This document shows, one piece after another, positions 1 through 16,925 of a stretch of DNA of 64,000 nucleotides (its first letter is position 1; every line of letters starts with the position of its first letter). Below the pieces are notes generated by a model. The model saw only the letters and a program-made list of their open reading frames with translations, searched no databases and was not told the origin of the DNA. Location: NCBI RefSeq assembly GCF_009914755.1, contig NC_060931.1; one strand, written 5' to 3'. A program made the position numbers and the translations under genes. The stretch comes from the human T2T-CHM13v2.0 reference genome, Homo sapiens.

Positions 1-277
1 AAAAAAGTAGAGGGGAAACCTACAGATGAAGAGACTTAAGAAGCCATACCAAAACTGTGGAGCAATGTACAGAGCCCTCATGCATGGTCGGAGGGATTGT
101 ACAATGGTGCTTGTTGGCAGTGGTGGCAATCCTGGACTTTGGGGTAGCCGTGTTGTGTCAAAGAACATGCCCCCATCCTCATGCACCTCATTCACTTGTG
201 TGCTGAATAGTGTCTGTTATACAGTGAATTGCGTCCCCCTAAAAGTTATGTTGGAGTCCTAACCCTCAGAATATATC

Positions 278-722
278 TGTATTAGCATTCTCCAGAAAAA
301 GAGAACCAATGGGAAGATAGATGATAGATAGATAGATAGATAGATAGATAGACAGACAGATAGAGATTTATTTTAAGGATTTGTTTCATATGATTATGGA
401 GGCTCAGCAAGTCCACAATCTGCAGGGCAGGCCAACAGGCTGGAGACCCAAGGAAAAGGCCGATGTTGCCATTTGGGTCCAAAGGCAGTCTGCTGGCAGA
501 ATTCCTTCTTGCTCAGGGAAGGTCAATCTTTGTTTTATTGAGGCCTTCAACTGATTGAATAAGACCTATGCACATTATAGAGGCAAATCTGTTTTAAAGA
601 CCACTGGCTTAAATATTAATTTCTTGTAAAAATTGACTTCACAGAAGTGTGCTGAACAACATTTGACCACATATCTGAGTACCATGGCCTAGCCAAGTTG
701 ATACACAAAATTAATCATCACA
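278..722 (-). mobile_element. MLT2-type (ERVL) LTR nested in MLT1
   Basis: tgtattagcattctccaga...aaaattaatcatcaca termini with internal GATA run typical of MLT2. Confidence 0.65.
316..363. repeat. (GATA)n/(GACA)n tetranucleotide microsatellite
   Basis: Directly visible. Confidence 0.9.
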
Positions 723-3700
723 TGGAATTAGTTAAGTCTGAGTGCAGTTGTTAAGGTGGGCACTAAGCCAATATGACTGGTGTCCTTACAAAAGGGGAGA
801 TTTGGATACAGAGACAGAAACACACACAGGGAGAAGCATGCCATGTCTTCGATGAAGGTTGAGACCAGGGTGAGGACAGCAAACCACCAGGAGCTAGGAA
901 AGAGGTGTGCCCAGATTCTCTGCACAGCCTTGAAAAAGAATCAACACTACCAACACCTTGATCTCAGACCTCAAGCCTCAAGAACTATGGGACAATAAAT
1001 TTCTGTTGTTTAAGCCATCCAGTTTGTGGCACTTTGTTCACTCTAGTGAACGAATATAGCTTTCCATAATCCAAACAGTACAGAAACAGAGAACAAGACA
1101 CCAAACTCCTAGGCTCCAGAAGGCATTAGCCGGGCATAGACAGAAGAAAAATCTGAAAGAAGATGTGAGCAGGCAATGCCCATTTCTACCTGCGTGCTCT
1201 CCATCCACATCCTCCCTGGCTTCTGGACAAACAGATAAAGCCCTCAGACTGAGTGGAGAGAGGAGAGTTGAAGAGGGAGTAAGAGAGTTGGATGCAATGT
1301 GGAAGGCGTACATCCTCCCTATCCTCTGACAATAGCGAACTCACAGAGGCGGGCATGTCTGGGGAGCACCTTTAAATGTGAGGATAAACTCCAGGGAGAC
1401 TACATCTGATCCATTGTTGTGTGTCAGCAGTGGGTAGAAATGACGTCACCGCACATGGGGCCAGAGGCTATCCTGAGTTTTCCATATCCCTAAAGGGGTG
1501 TGTCAGCCATTAGAAAACACCCAAGGCTCCTGCGTGAGGACACACAGAAGATACTTGGGAGACAGCAAGCCTGTGAGGCCTGGAAACCAGGATGAAGGGA
1601 CCCTATGTGGGGAAGGCGCAGTTCACCGTCAGGACTGCAGGAAGCCTGGGAGGACGCCATGGAGACCTGCAGGTCTCTGAGGCAGGGTGATGGTGTGTCA
1701 GAAGCAGCAGGCCAGCAGAGCACCAAGAAGGGGGTGCCCTCTCCCCACGCCCTCACGCAGCCCTCAACACTGTGTGGGCAAGTGGGAATTCAGCCAGACA
1801 TCAGTGTCAATCTCAGAGATACAAGGAAAGAGGACGAAGAAAATCTGAACTGTAACTCAGTTCTAAAACCAGATGCCCGGGAAGTTGCTGGATCTGACTC
1901 GGTCTACCTGAAAATAGCGAATTTGAGTTTTCCGCAATGGTCTGAGAAAGCTCAAGATGAAAAGTAAGGCTGGAAACAGGAAAAATAAAGTTATCTTTTG
2001 CCCACATAAGTCTGTGTTTTATGAAATTAATGCTTGTTATAATAGCTATTATTGAATGCCAACTTTATACCAAGAACTTTACAGATACCACCTCATTTAA
2101 TTGATATGATTTTATGTGTATGTATTACTATTCACATTATATAAAATTAGAGAGATTAAGTTACCTGCCTAAAGTCACCCTCCTAATCATCAGTGCAGCC
2201 AAGATTTGTGTCTATACCTATACAACACTAAAACATATTCTTGGGATTAGTGGGAAGCCTTTGCCTAGTACAGTATTTGCCCCATTGAATTTTAAGCCAC
2301 ATGTCAAGAGCATAGCACTGGGTTCCTTGCAGAAGATGGACTCAGACACCTTCCTGGGTCTTTCCTTCCCCAGGTGGATGGTGTTTGCATCATTACTTTC
2401 ATTACTTTGCTTTCTCACTGTCGTTTCTATAGTCTTGGCTTCACTTTCTCCTTCATCAGTCTATTCAGCTCTTTCTGGCTGGAAGATTTTTCTTGGAAGA
2501 GAAGACTGAAGCACAGTTGGTCCTCACCTGAGATGCAGCAGTCTGGCTTTTCCTTTCTAGTTTCCCTATTTTGTATTGCTACCATTTCTGGGTCAAAATA
2601 TCTGCTTACCTCATCCATCCATTTCCGCTTTACTCCATCAGTTATTTTTTCAAGAAAAACAATAAGTTTGGGAAAATACTAAGCTTCAAAACAAGTATAA
2701 ACTGATTTCCCACAGTCAAGATTAGCTTTCTCTGATGCCCACAGGTCAATTTTTCCTTCTGTGTTGGACAAGATGTATCTTGGACATGGGTGAGATAGAA
2801 GTTGGCCCCATTTTCTTTCTTTTTACTAGGAAGAGGCTAAGTAACACTCATACAAGCACATAGCCAGTAGTTTGTGGAGTCAGGATTCAAACTTGGGTTC
2901 ACTTAACTGCAAAGTTAGTACTGCTCCTTTTCGACCACCCCACTTTTCCAAAGGGTTTCCCTACTTCCAACTATATCCACAAGCAAAAAGTCATGTATAG
3001 GGCATCTCCTCTGTAGAAGAATATTCAAAGAGGTGTACAAATTTAAAAATCAGTCTCATTAGATGATGATACCTTCACACATGTGTAGATCCACGCACAG
3101 ATATATTTGAGGGGCCACTTTAAGCATGGTTGGCAGAGCTTTCACTTTCTGTCTATCATCTTCCAGATCAGAGCTCCCCAAAGCAGAGGACCTCAGGAAA
3201 GCCACCTATGTACTGTGCCCTTGGGAGTTCTGTGATGACAATGATGATCATGTCCACATAGGTAGTGGCCATCCACCTCCACTCCTCAGGCCCTTCCTCA
3301 GGACTGTCCAGCCATGGTGATTTGCCTGTTCAGTAGCCACTGTCCTCCACAACCAGATTTTTGTCAGAAAATATCTATATTCTCACATTGTCTGTTGAGG
3401 GACAGAGGTGGCAGATTGATTGGCAAGTTCTAAGAGATGGTCAATGAAGCAATTATAGCGGAAGATGTTGTCTGCATGTGAAAGTGCTTTCTGTAAAGCA
3501 GTACATGCAGATCAGCCATTGGCTGCTGCTTCTATGTTCCTCCTATTATTATTAACCACACTTTTAGAGTAGGAGAAAGATAGCAGAGCTGAAGAGCCAG
3601 AGGACTGGCATCCGTTCTTGAAACTCTGCTAACTGGTTTGTGAGTTGGGCACGTCATTTAAACTGTCTTCTTATCTAGAAAATGCAAAGCTCGTGTAGCT

Positions 3701-4126
3701 TTGCATTTAGAAGATCTCTGTGGTCCTTCCTTGCTTTTATCTAGTTGCTTGAGGAAACCCCATGAGTATAATCAACTAGATGTCCAGAAAACTTCTAATT
3801 ACTGGCAGCTCTATTAGGAGCCCAGAGGACAAAGAGTTTTCTTATTTTTAATATAGTAGAGACTTTAAATCCAGGGTATGGAGGGCCCACAGGAGCACAA
3901 AGAGCTGTTTAAAAGTCCAACTGCTTGAGTTGGAACTTATTTGAGAATGCAGGTTTAAATGTACAAACACTCACACACATACACACATACACAAACAGAA
4001 GAATCTCATAGTAAGATATAATAAGCTTCTGAAAAGATGGATATTAAGTTAAATTTTTTTGAATTGAAATATTTTGATTGCATGAAGAGAGTATACCAGT
4101 TTTTTTAAAAAGTGAAGAAACTCTTT

Positions 4127-6561
<2,435 letters not shown>

Positions 6562-8203
6562 TTATTATTTGCTTTGAAAATTAAGATTATTTTCCTCTGA
6601 AGATCAGTTTTAATTCAACATACCTGTAAAGGATTATGATGAAATAATAAAAATGATTTGTTATGTGTCAAATGTTATCTGTGAAATGTTTGTTATTTTA
6701 ATGTTATGTTTCATATACAGTAAGACTGTGGTTATCTGACATTACTCAGCAGAAGTCCTGATTTATAGGCACTTTTATCAAATCTATTTAGACTTATGGT
6801 TTTGAAAACATAACAAAGCAATACTTTGATACTAATACCATCTACTCAATGAATTTGTTTTTCAATTGGTAACAAATCAGTTGAGCTTTAAAAACAGTTA
6901 TAAACTTGTTCTCCTTTCAAAGATAGAAAGTTACAAGAGGAATTCAAGAACAGCTAACCTCATAGTCTCAAAGTAAAATTAGAATTTTAAAATTGTAAGA
7001 CATTAGGGATAAATAAAAGGCTTAATTAAGAACTACTAAAAAGAAAAGACAGCTTTCTGAAACCAAATACCAAAAACAATGTTAGGCCAACAGCAAAAAT
7101 TAGCCAAAAAAACTATTATCTATTTCATGGGTAGAAATAGATATTAGAAGACAGGGAGAACATGTCTTCAAGAAATGAAGAGAAAAATAACTGTCGACCT
7201 AGACTTCTATACCCAGCTAAACTATTATATACACGCCAGGATGAAATAAAGATTTCCAGACACACACAACTAAAAGTACTTACTGACTACACACTCTGAA
7301 TGAATGAACTACTAAAGGGTGTAAGAAAGAAGAAAAACCTAGAAAAAAGAATTGAAAGAAGAAAAGCTGCATAAAGAAAGCTATAAAATATTTTGATGAA
7401 TATAAAAGCATTGACAATATTGATGGTTAAATAAACACCCCTCATTTGTGTGTAAAAACAAGGAGATATTTAATTCTAAATGACATAGAAAACCTAGAAA
7501 ATGGGAAGAAGGGTTTCAGAGGAAAGTTAAAAACTGGCTAAGTTCTTTCTTTTGGGAGGAGGAAAATACAAATAAATAAATAAATCAAAATAGAATCGCT
7601 AACTAGAAGACTGCGAGGTCAAAAGGACCTGCTGCCTGTCATGAGGCTCTCTCTGGTGTTGTTACATGAGCTGAGGTGAGTAAAGACATAACTTCCAGTT
7701 TAGGCAAAGGCATGGAGGGAGGGAGAACACTGAGTACTTTAGCCTGAAGAATCAGACTTGCTTTTGGCACCCACGTTAAGATGTATTTCACCCACTGCTT
7801 TGTGCAGGATGGGGTTACTATGTACAAAGCAGAGGGCTGATATGCACTGAACACTGGGTCACCCACATCTATGCAAATGAGGGGACTGAGGCCAGGAAAA
7901 GCAAGTCTTGGATTGATTATTTCACACAGACGGAAAGTTCCAACTTTCTCTTGAATGACATGCTATGAGCTAAGAGAAATTTTGCTCCTCTTTTCTTCCA
8001 GGTGCTGTGTGAAACAGGCTAGAGGCACATTTCCTCTGCTTGACAGTTCTATCCTAAGCTTAACTACTCTTTGAATGTGAAGGGGAAAGTATTCCCATAT
8101 CCCCAGCTCTTTGAGCAGATGATTAGCACTCTGGCTAAGTTGGCTAAAGGGCAGTTTTGGAAAGAGAAGTTCCCATTGGATCCTACCTCACACCTTAAGG
8201 AAC

Positions 8204-9021
8204 TGATATGGAAGGAAGTACTGGGAAAGGCATGGTCCCTTTAAATGATATGGAAGGAGGCAGGGAAGTGCTGAGTAGAGAAGGGCGTGGTCCCTGGCTA
8301 GGGCTCCACAGTGGGGCCTGTGCCCATGGACCTAGGTGAAGACGGGCATTTTTGTTTTTCTGCCCAAATGTTGCATTTCCCAAGACCACCCTGCCCTGCC
8401 ATGCCCCTGTCCTATGCCTATAAAAACGCTGAGACCCTAGCAGGCAGACACACAAGCAGCTGGATGTCGAGAGGAGCATATCAGTGGAGGAACACACGGG
8501 CAGCTGGACGTCCAGAGGAATGCACTGACAGAAACTGGCATGCTGGCAGAACACGTGGAATTTGGCTGGGGCAGTTGGAGGAGAGGTCAGGCCTCCGAGC
8601 CACCTAACTCCAGGGGAAAACTGTCTCCCTTCTGGCTCCCCCATCTGCAGAGAGCTACTTCCACTCAATAAAACCTTGCACTCATTCTCCAAGCCCACAT
8701 GTGATCTGATTCTTCCGGTACACCAAGGCCAGAACCCCGGGAAACAGAAAGCCATCTGCCCTTGTGATAAGGCAGGGGTCTAAGTGAGCTAACACAGGCC
8801 ACCTACGGATGGCTAAACTAAAAGTGCACACTATATCACACTTTGCCTGGGGCTTCAGCTGTAAACATTCACCCCTAGACACTGTCGTGGCATTGGAGCC
8901 CCACAGCCTGCACATCTGGTCTATATGCTCCCCTAGAGGTTTGAGCAGCAGGGCACTGAAGAAGTGAGCCGCACCCTCATCGCACGCCCTGCAATGGGGA
9001 CAAGGAACTTTTCCCATTTCA
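8204..9021 (+). mobile_element. Solo LTR1-family (ERV1) LTR
   Basis: TG...CA termini (tgatatgg...ttttcccatttca), TATAAAA near 8419, AATAAA near 8667, flanks gaac/gaat. Confidence 0.75.
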
Positions 9022-9029
9022 GAATAATT

Positions 9030-10100
9030 CCAAGAAAATCAGAAGCTTATATTTGAAAACAAAACCATAAAAGTATTAGAAGAAAATATGAAAGTATTTA
9101 TTATTATCTCAGAGAGAAAGGTAAGCAGTGAGCAAAAAGTAGAGCCATAGAACACAAGGTGATACATTTGACTATATAAAAATGTTTTAAAAATTTTATG
9201 GCAGAAATCCCTAGAAACAAAGTCAAAAATCAAATGATAAAGAGGAAATAATATTTGCACTGCATATTACAGATAAAGTACTAAATTCCTCAACATACCA
9301 AGATTTCCTACAAACCAGTAGAAAATATACCAACAACCCAGAAGAAAAATGGTAGAAATGCCCAATTTTACTCATGAGAAGGAAATGCAGATTGAAATGA
9401 GATACAATATTTTTAACCTAACAGATTGGCAAAAAGTAAAATGTTTGATAACACTATATTGGTGAGGATTTGGGGGATTCTCCCACATTCTCACATGTCA
9501 ATCGTAGGAGTATAAATTGGCACAACTTCTTTGAGGAGTATTTTGGCAATGTCTGTCAAAAAGTTAATGTTTTCTCCCATTCAAGTCCATTTTTAAAAAT
9601 TTAGTCTACAAATATACTCTTGTATGATATTATATAGATTCAAAGACGTTTATTGCAGCATTACTTGTAATAGGAAAAAATTGATAACAAAGCAAACCCC
9701 CATCAATAGCAGACTTGATAAATATGTGGCACATCAATACAATGGATATTATGCAGTTACTAAAAAGAATGGTGCTATGTATGCGCTGATATGTTACAAT
9801 GTCCCAACTATAGTAAGAGGAAAAACCAAGTAAAGTAGAGAGGATATAATATGCTTCCATTAGTATCATGAAGCACAGACTATGTTTCCATAAAGCAGAG
9901 ACTATGCTATTTAGCATATGTTTGTATGCACATAGACTGTTTCTAGAAGGATCACAAGGCTGTAACAATAATGGCTGTCTCCGAGGAGGGAAACAGCTTC
10001 TGGGGAAAGGAGATAGGAAGACATGTTTTTCATTGTTTACTCTTTTGAATATTTAGAATTTTGCATTGTGTACATGTATTACCTATTCAAAAAATAAATT
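9030..10100 (+). mobile_element. Old L1M 3' region, degraded
   Basis: A-rich sequence resembling L1 ORF2 3' end and 3' UTR. Confidence 0.55.
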
Positions 10101-10461
10101 TTTTTTTCTTAAAAACTGAGCTTCCCTAAAGATAAATCAGCTGGCATAATGCCATTGGATGAACTATACTATTTCATACCTCTACATTGTTAACTGCTTT
10201 TGCCTTTACCCTTCATTTCTTCAGCTCACTCCTGCCCTTAGAAACCTTCCCTGACAGCTTCACTCTTGACCTACATTTGATTCTTTCTCTCCACTCTCTC
10301 ATACCCCACAGCCTCAGGCATGCCTGGAGTTCAGTGGAGGCATGCCTAGATTACTTGGTTATAATCCTGGGCTTACTGGTTTGTCTCTGGGCTAGGGCCC
10401 GAGTTCCTTGATGGGAGAACCATGTCATAGCAGACCTTCCATCCTGATGCAAGTACAGTGG

Positions 10462-11731
10462 TGTGTCCAGAATTGGTGGGTTCTTGGTCTCACTGACTTC
10501 AAGAATGAAACCGTGGACCCTCGTGGTGAGTGTTACAGTTCTTAAAGGCGGTGTGCCCACAGTTTGTTCCTCCAGATGTTCAGATGTGTTCGGAGTTTCT
10601 TTCTTCTGGTGGGTTCGTGGTCTCGCTGGCTCAGGAGCGAAGCTGCAGACCTTCACGGTGAGTGTTACAGCTCATAGAGGTAGCAAGGACCAAAAAAGTG
10701 AGCAGAAGCAAGACTTATTGCAAAAAGCAAAAGAACAAACCATCCACAACGTGAAAGGCGACCCAAGCGAGTTACCACTGCTGGCTCCAGCAGCCTGCTT
10801 TTATTCTCTTATCTGTCCCCGCCCACCCCCCCACATCCTGCTGATTGGTCCATTTTACAGAGAGCTGATTGGTCCATTTTACAGAGAGCTGATTGGTCCG
10901 TTTTGACAGGGTGCTGATTGGTGCATTTACAATCCCTGAGCTACACACAAAAGTTCTCCACGTCCCCACTAGATTAGCTAGATACAGAGTGTCCACACAA
11001 AGGTTCTCCAAGTCCCCACCAGAGTAACTAGATACAGTGTCGATTGGTGTATTCACAAACCCTGAGCTAGACACAGGGTGCTGACTGGTGTATTTACAAT
11101 CCCCTAGCTAGACATAAAGATTCTCCAAGTCCCCACCAGACTCAGGAGTCCAGCTGGCTTCACCCAGTGGATCCAGCACCCGGCCGCAGGTGGAGCTGCC
11201 TGCCAGTCCCGCGCTGTGCGCCCGCACGCTTCAGCCGTTGGGTGGTCGATGGGACTGGGCGCCGTGGAGCAGGGGGTGGCGCTGGTCGGGGAGGCTCAGG
11301 CTGCGCAGGAGCCCACGGCGGCGGGGTAGGCTCAGGCATGGCAGGCTGCAGGTCCTGAGCCCTGCCCCGCAGGGAGGCAGCTAAGGCCCGGCGAGAAGTC
11401 GAGCACAGCAGCCGCTGGCCCAGGTGCTAAGCCGCTCACTGCCCGGAGCCGGCGGACTGCTCCGAGTGCGGGGCCCGCCGAGCCCACACCCACCTGGAAC
11501 TCGCGCTGGCCGGCAAGCGCCACGCGCCGTCCCGGTTCCCGCCGGCGTCTCTCCCTCCACACTTCCCCTCAAGCTGAGGGAGCCGGCTCTGGCCTCAGCC
11601 AGCCCAGGAAGGGGCTCCCACAGTGCAGCGGCAGGCTGAAGCGCTCCTCAAGTGCCGCCAGAGTGGGCGTCCAGGCAGAGGAGACGCCGAGAGCGAGCGA
11701 GCGAGGGATGCCAGCATGCTGTCACCTCTCA
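10462..11731 (-). mobile_element. Solo LTR12 (ERV9; LTR12C/D/E-like)
   Basis: Minus strand reads tgagaggtgacagc...aattctggacaca; CpG-rich U3, tandem gctgattgg (CCAAT) repeats, flanks gtgg/gtgc. Confidence 0.92.
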
Positions 11732-12315
11732 GTGCTGCCATGCGGTGAGCTTCAACCAGAGCCACAGCTGGCTGACTGGATGGATGGAAGGAGGGGTGCT
11801 TCTACAGCATCTGTTGCTTGTGGCCAGGCATTTGTTTCAGAGAACAAAACAGTTCTCTGCTATAAACTTAGCATGCACAACAGGGCTTGACACACAGTAG
11901 GTAATCAATATTTCTTGAGTGAATAAATAAATGCCACCTAAAGGGAGAAGGGGGAAGAAGGAATCAGCTGGCATGAAGATGTTTGAACAAAGTGGCAGAG
12001 AGGGTAAGTAGGAGGAGACCCATAGCTTGGGGTAGGGGCTCCAGGAAGCCAATGAAGGATGCTGGAGAAGGAGCTGGCTTCAAAGCAGTTAGACAATTGC
12101 CCACAAGAATGACCTGGTAGAATCACCATATGACCTGGTAATTACACTTCTAGGTATTTCCCTAAGAGAAATAAAAACCTATGTCGTGCAAAAACTTGTA
12201 CACAAATGTTCATAGCAGCATTATTTTAATAGCCAAAATGTTGAAATAACCCACATGTCCATCACCTGATTAATAAGAAAATTAAATTGTGGTCTATCCA
12301 TACAACGGAATAATA

Positions 12316-12380
12316 TTGGGTTGGTGCAAAAGTAATTAAAAGTAACGGCAAAAACCGCAATGACTTTTGCACCAACCCAA
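12316..12380. mobile_element. MADE1 (Hsmar1 MITE), internally deleted
   Basis: TIRs ttgggttggtgcaaaagt / acttttgcaccaacccaa flanked by TA. Confidence 0.88.
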
Positions 12381-12389
12381 TATTATTCA

Positions 12390-12812
<423 letters not shown>

Positions 12813-14261
12813 CTATTCATATGAAATGCCCAGAATAAGGAAATCTATAGAGATAGAAAGTAGATTAGTGGTTGCTAGGGTTGGGGGCGAGAGTTAGAGG
12901 AAAATTGAGAGTAGCTGCTAAGGATTGAAGAGGTTTTTCTTTGGGGGGGATGAAAATGTTATAAAATTGATTATGGTGATGGTTGCACAACTCTATGAAT
13001 ATACTAAAAATCACTGAATTGTACACTTTAACTGGGTGCATTGTAACGTATGTGAATTATATCACAAACTGTTTAAAGAAAAAAAAAAGAATTATCTGGG
13101 GACGTGAGCCCAGAGAGCAGGCAGCCTAGCCCACAGTCACAGCAGGTGCCCTGGAGTCAGGTGGGGCTGAGCCCCAAGGACGTCTTCTCAGTCACTCTTC
13201 CACCTGTGAAGCCAGGAAAAGGACCCTACCAGTGGGTCCTGAGAGCCTTGGCTTCAGAGGAGCCCCTCCCATGGTCCTCAAGGCCAGTCAGGGGATGCAG
13301 CTCCGGGGTTCTAGAAGTGAGAAGGGCTGTGGCACTTCTTTATTTCTATCCCTGCAAGAGCTGGCGGGGGGGGGGGGGGCTCTCACTGGGTCGATGTTTG
13401 GGGTGGGTGTGAGAGGAGAGCATGGCACGAGGCAAGGAAGTATAAAGTAAGATCAGTAATTCCATGTTTTTTGAGCACTTACTATGCATCTGGCACAGTG
13501 TTAAATGTGAAGCAATTGGAGTGCAAAGAAGCATAAGAGCTTCTCTGTCCTGGAAAACTTGCCAAGGCTGCATGGAGACAGATGTATAAAAGATCCATGA
13601 GATGTGGTGCTAAAGCAGTGCGTGTGCTAGGACAGTGGCCCACAAAGAAGACACGGGGAGGGATGTGTTTCTATTCTTGCAAGCAGCTTTGTGCATCTGC
13701 ATGGCACCATTGCTGTGAGCATGGGTGTACCCTGAGTGCCTTTCCTGAGGGAGGCCTGAGATGGGGGAGGTGCTTGAATGATGGAACCTGGGTGTTCTGT
13801 TCTAGGTTTTGGATTCCTGGAAGCCCATAGTTCCAGTCCTGAACAAACGGACCATGAACAGAACTGCCCCGCAGATATAAAGGTGATGAGGCTTGCAGGC
13901 CAGCCCACCAATGCTCGTGGAGCTGCTAACAGAGCCCAGCCATTGCACAGTACTTCTGTGTCTCATCTTAAGGCTGTAATATTTAAAATACAGACAAGTA
14001 CAGTTAGTTAATGATGGGGATACATTCTGAGAAATGCAATACTAGGCAATTTCATCATTGTGCGAACATCATAGAGTGCACTTACACAAACCTCGATGGT
14101 ATAGCCTATTACACACCTGGGCTGTATGGTATAGTTTATTGCTCCTGGGCTACAAACCTGTACAGCATGTTACTGTACTGAATACTGTAGGCAATTGTAA
14201 CTCGATGGTATGTATTTGTATATGTAAACATAGAAAAAGTACATTAAAAAATACTGCATAA

Positions 14262-14596
<335 letters not shown>

Positions 14597-15110
14597 CTAT
14601 AGGACACTTAACATGAATGGAGCTTGCAGGACTGGAAGTTGCTGTAGGTGAGTGAGTGAGTGGTGAGTGAATGTAAGGCCTAGGACATTACTGTACACTA
14701 CTGTAGAGTTTGTAAACTTAGTCCACTCCATTTATTTTTCAATTTTTCTTTCTTCAATAATAAATTAACCTTATCTTACTGTAACATTTTTACAAACTTT
14801 TATATTTTTAAAACTTTTGACTCTGTTGTAATAACAGCTTAAATACATTGCACAGCTGTACAAAAATATTTTCTTTCTTTATAGCCTTAATCTATACTAT
14901 TTTTCTATTTTTTTTTTAACTTGTAAACCTTTTTTGTTAAAAATGAAGACACAAACACACACATTAGTCTAGACCTGCACAGGGTCAGGATCATCAATGT
15001 CATGTCTTCCACCTCCACATCTTGTCCCACTGGAAGGTCTTCAGGGGCAATAACACACATGGAGCTGCCATCTTCTATGATAACAATGCCTTCCTCTGGA
15101 TATCTCCTAA

Positions 15111-15444
<334 letters not shown>

Positions 15445-16617
15445 AGCTTTATTTTTTTAAATAAGTAGGAGTATACTCTAAAATGACAGCATACATTTAT
15501 TATCATTATAAGTATTATGTACTGTACATAACCATATGCGCTAGACTTTTGCATAACTATCAGTGCAGTAGGTTTGTTCCACCAGTATCTCCCCAGACAC
15601 ATGAGTAACGTGTTGCACTATGATGTTACAACAGCTACAACGTCACTAGTTGATAGTAATGTTTCAGCTCCATTATCATCTATGGGACCACCATTGTGTA
15701 CGAAGTCCATGGTTGATGGAAATGTTGTCATTATGCGGTGCATGACTATATGTTATAGATTATGTAAGGGTAATTGAGTTCCAAGTTCCAAGTCAAAAAA
15801 TGTTTGGAACACAACTCCTTTGCTAGCAAATTAGACACTTACAGTAGCTAGTTCCCAGGGAAGTCCCCTGAAATACTTTAAGGGCCTGAATCACTGCTGA
15901 GCCAGACAGCATGTAGGAGAAGGCTCCTGGGTCTCATGTGAAGCTGGAGGGGTGCCTGCCCTAGAGATTCCGACCCTGCCTGAGGAACCCATTCATCCCA
16001 TCTGGCTGAGACCTTGGTGGATCCAGGACAGCTCAGCATGCTGGCAGTCAGGGACAGGAGAGCCAAGGACCGCAAGGTCCCATTCAGCCTTGGTGCGATT
16101 CAGGCCCAGTTGGGTGTCTGGTGCTAGGACTAGGTGCTTTCGGAGGGAGATGGGAATTGACACATGGGCAGCAGCCCGCGGCAATGGCAGAAACAACCTC
16201 GGGGCTGGAAACAGAAGCTGTAATTACAGGAGAAAACACCCACAATGAATTCCAAAAGATGACCCTTTTGCTCCCTAGAACCAGGGAGGGAAAGGAAGGG
16301 GAGGCACGATCTCCTGGTAAAAACAGGGTAACATGAAAAATGCTGTGCAGTCAGGCTGAAAACTAAACAGATGTGAGTTTCTTTAATACAAAAGTTTAAT
16401 CATTCTGACGTTTTCCATAACTTAATCTGAGCCATCGCTTCAGCTTGAATTATGCATAATGAAATGGATTATTTACAGTATCTCACATGACAGGAAAAAC
16501 TGAGAGGTGAGAATTGGTAGCTTGGCAACTGTTGTTTATTTTTCTTTTTATTTGGCCAATATATATTGAGTACCTACTATGTTTCAGCCCTTGCCAGGGT
16601 CCTATTAGGAAAAAATA

Positions 16618-16925
<308 letters not shown>

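Larger units (their letters stand above)
214..1040 (+). mobile_element. MLT1-type MaLR LTR interrupted by an MLT2-type LTR
   Basis: tgttat...gaattgcgtccccc start, gactggtgtcctta and aataaatttctgttgtttaagcc motifs. Confidence 0.65.

Noticed and set aside
1441-1448. Perfect CRE palindrome TGACGTCA
   Set aside because: A single 8-mer 17 kb from the gene, with no supporting evidence in the sequence alone.
10900-11165. Regularly spaced direct repeats resembling a CRISPR array
   Set aside because: These are the normal U3 tandem repeats of LTR12 in eukaryotic DNA, with no unique spacers or cas genes.
11170-11720. CpG island suggesting a separate gene promoter
   Set aside because: It lies entirely within the LTR12 U3 region.
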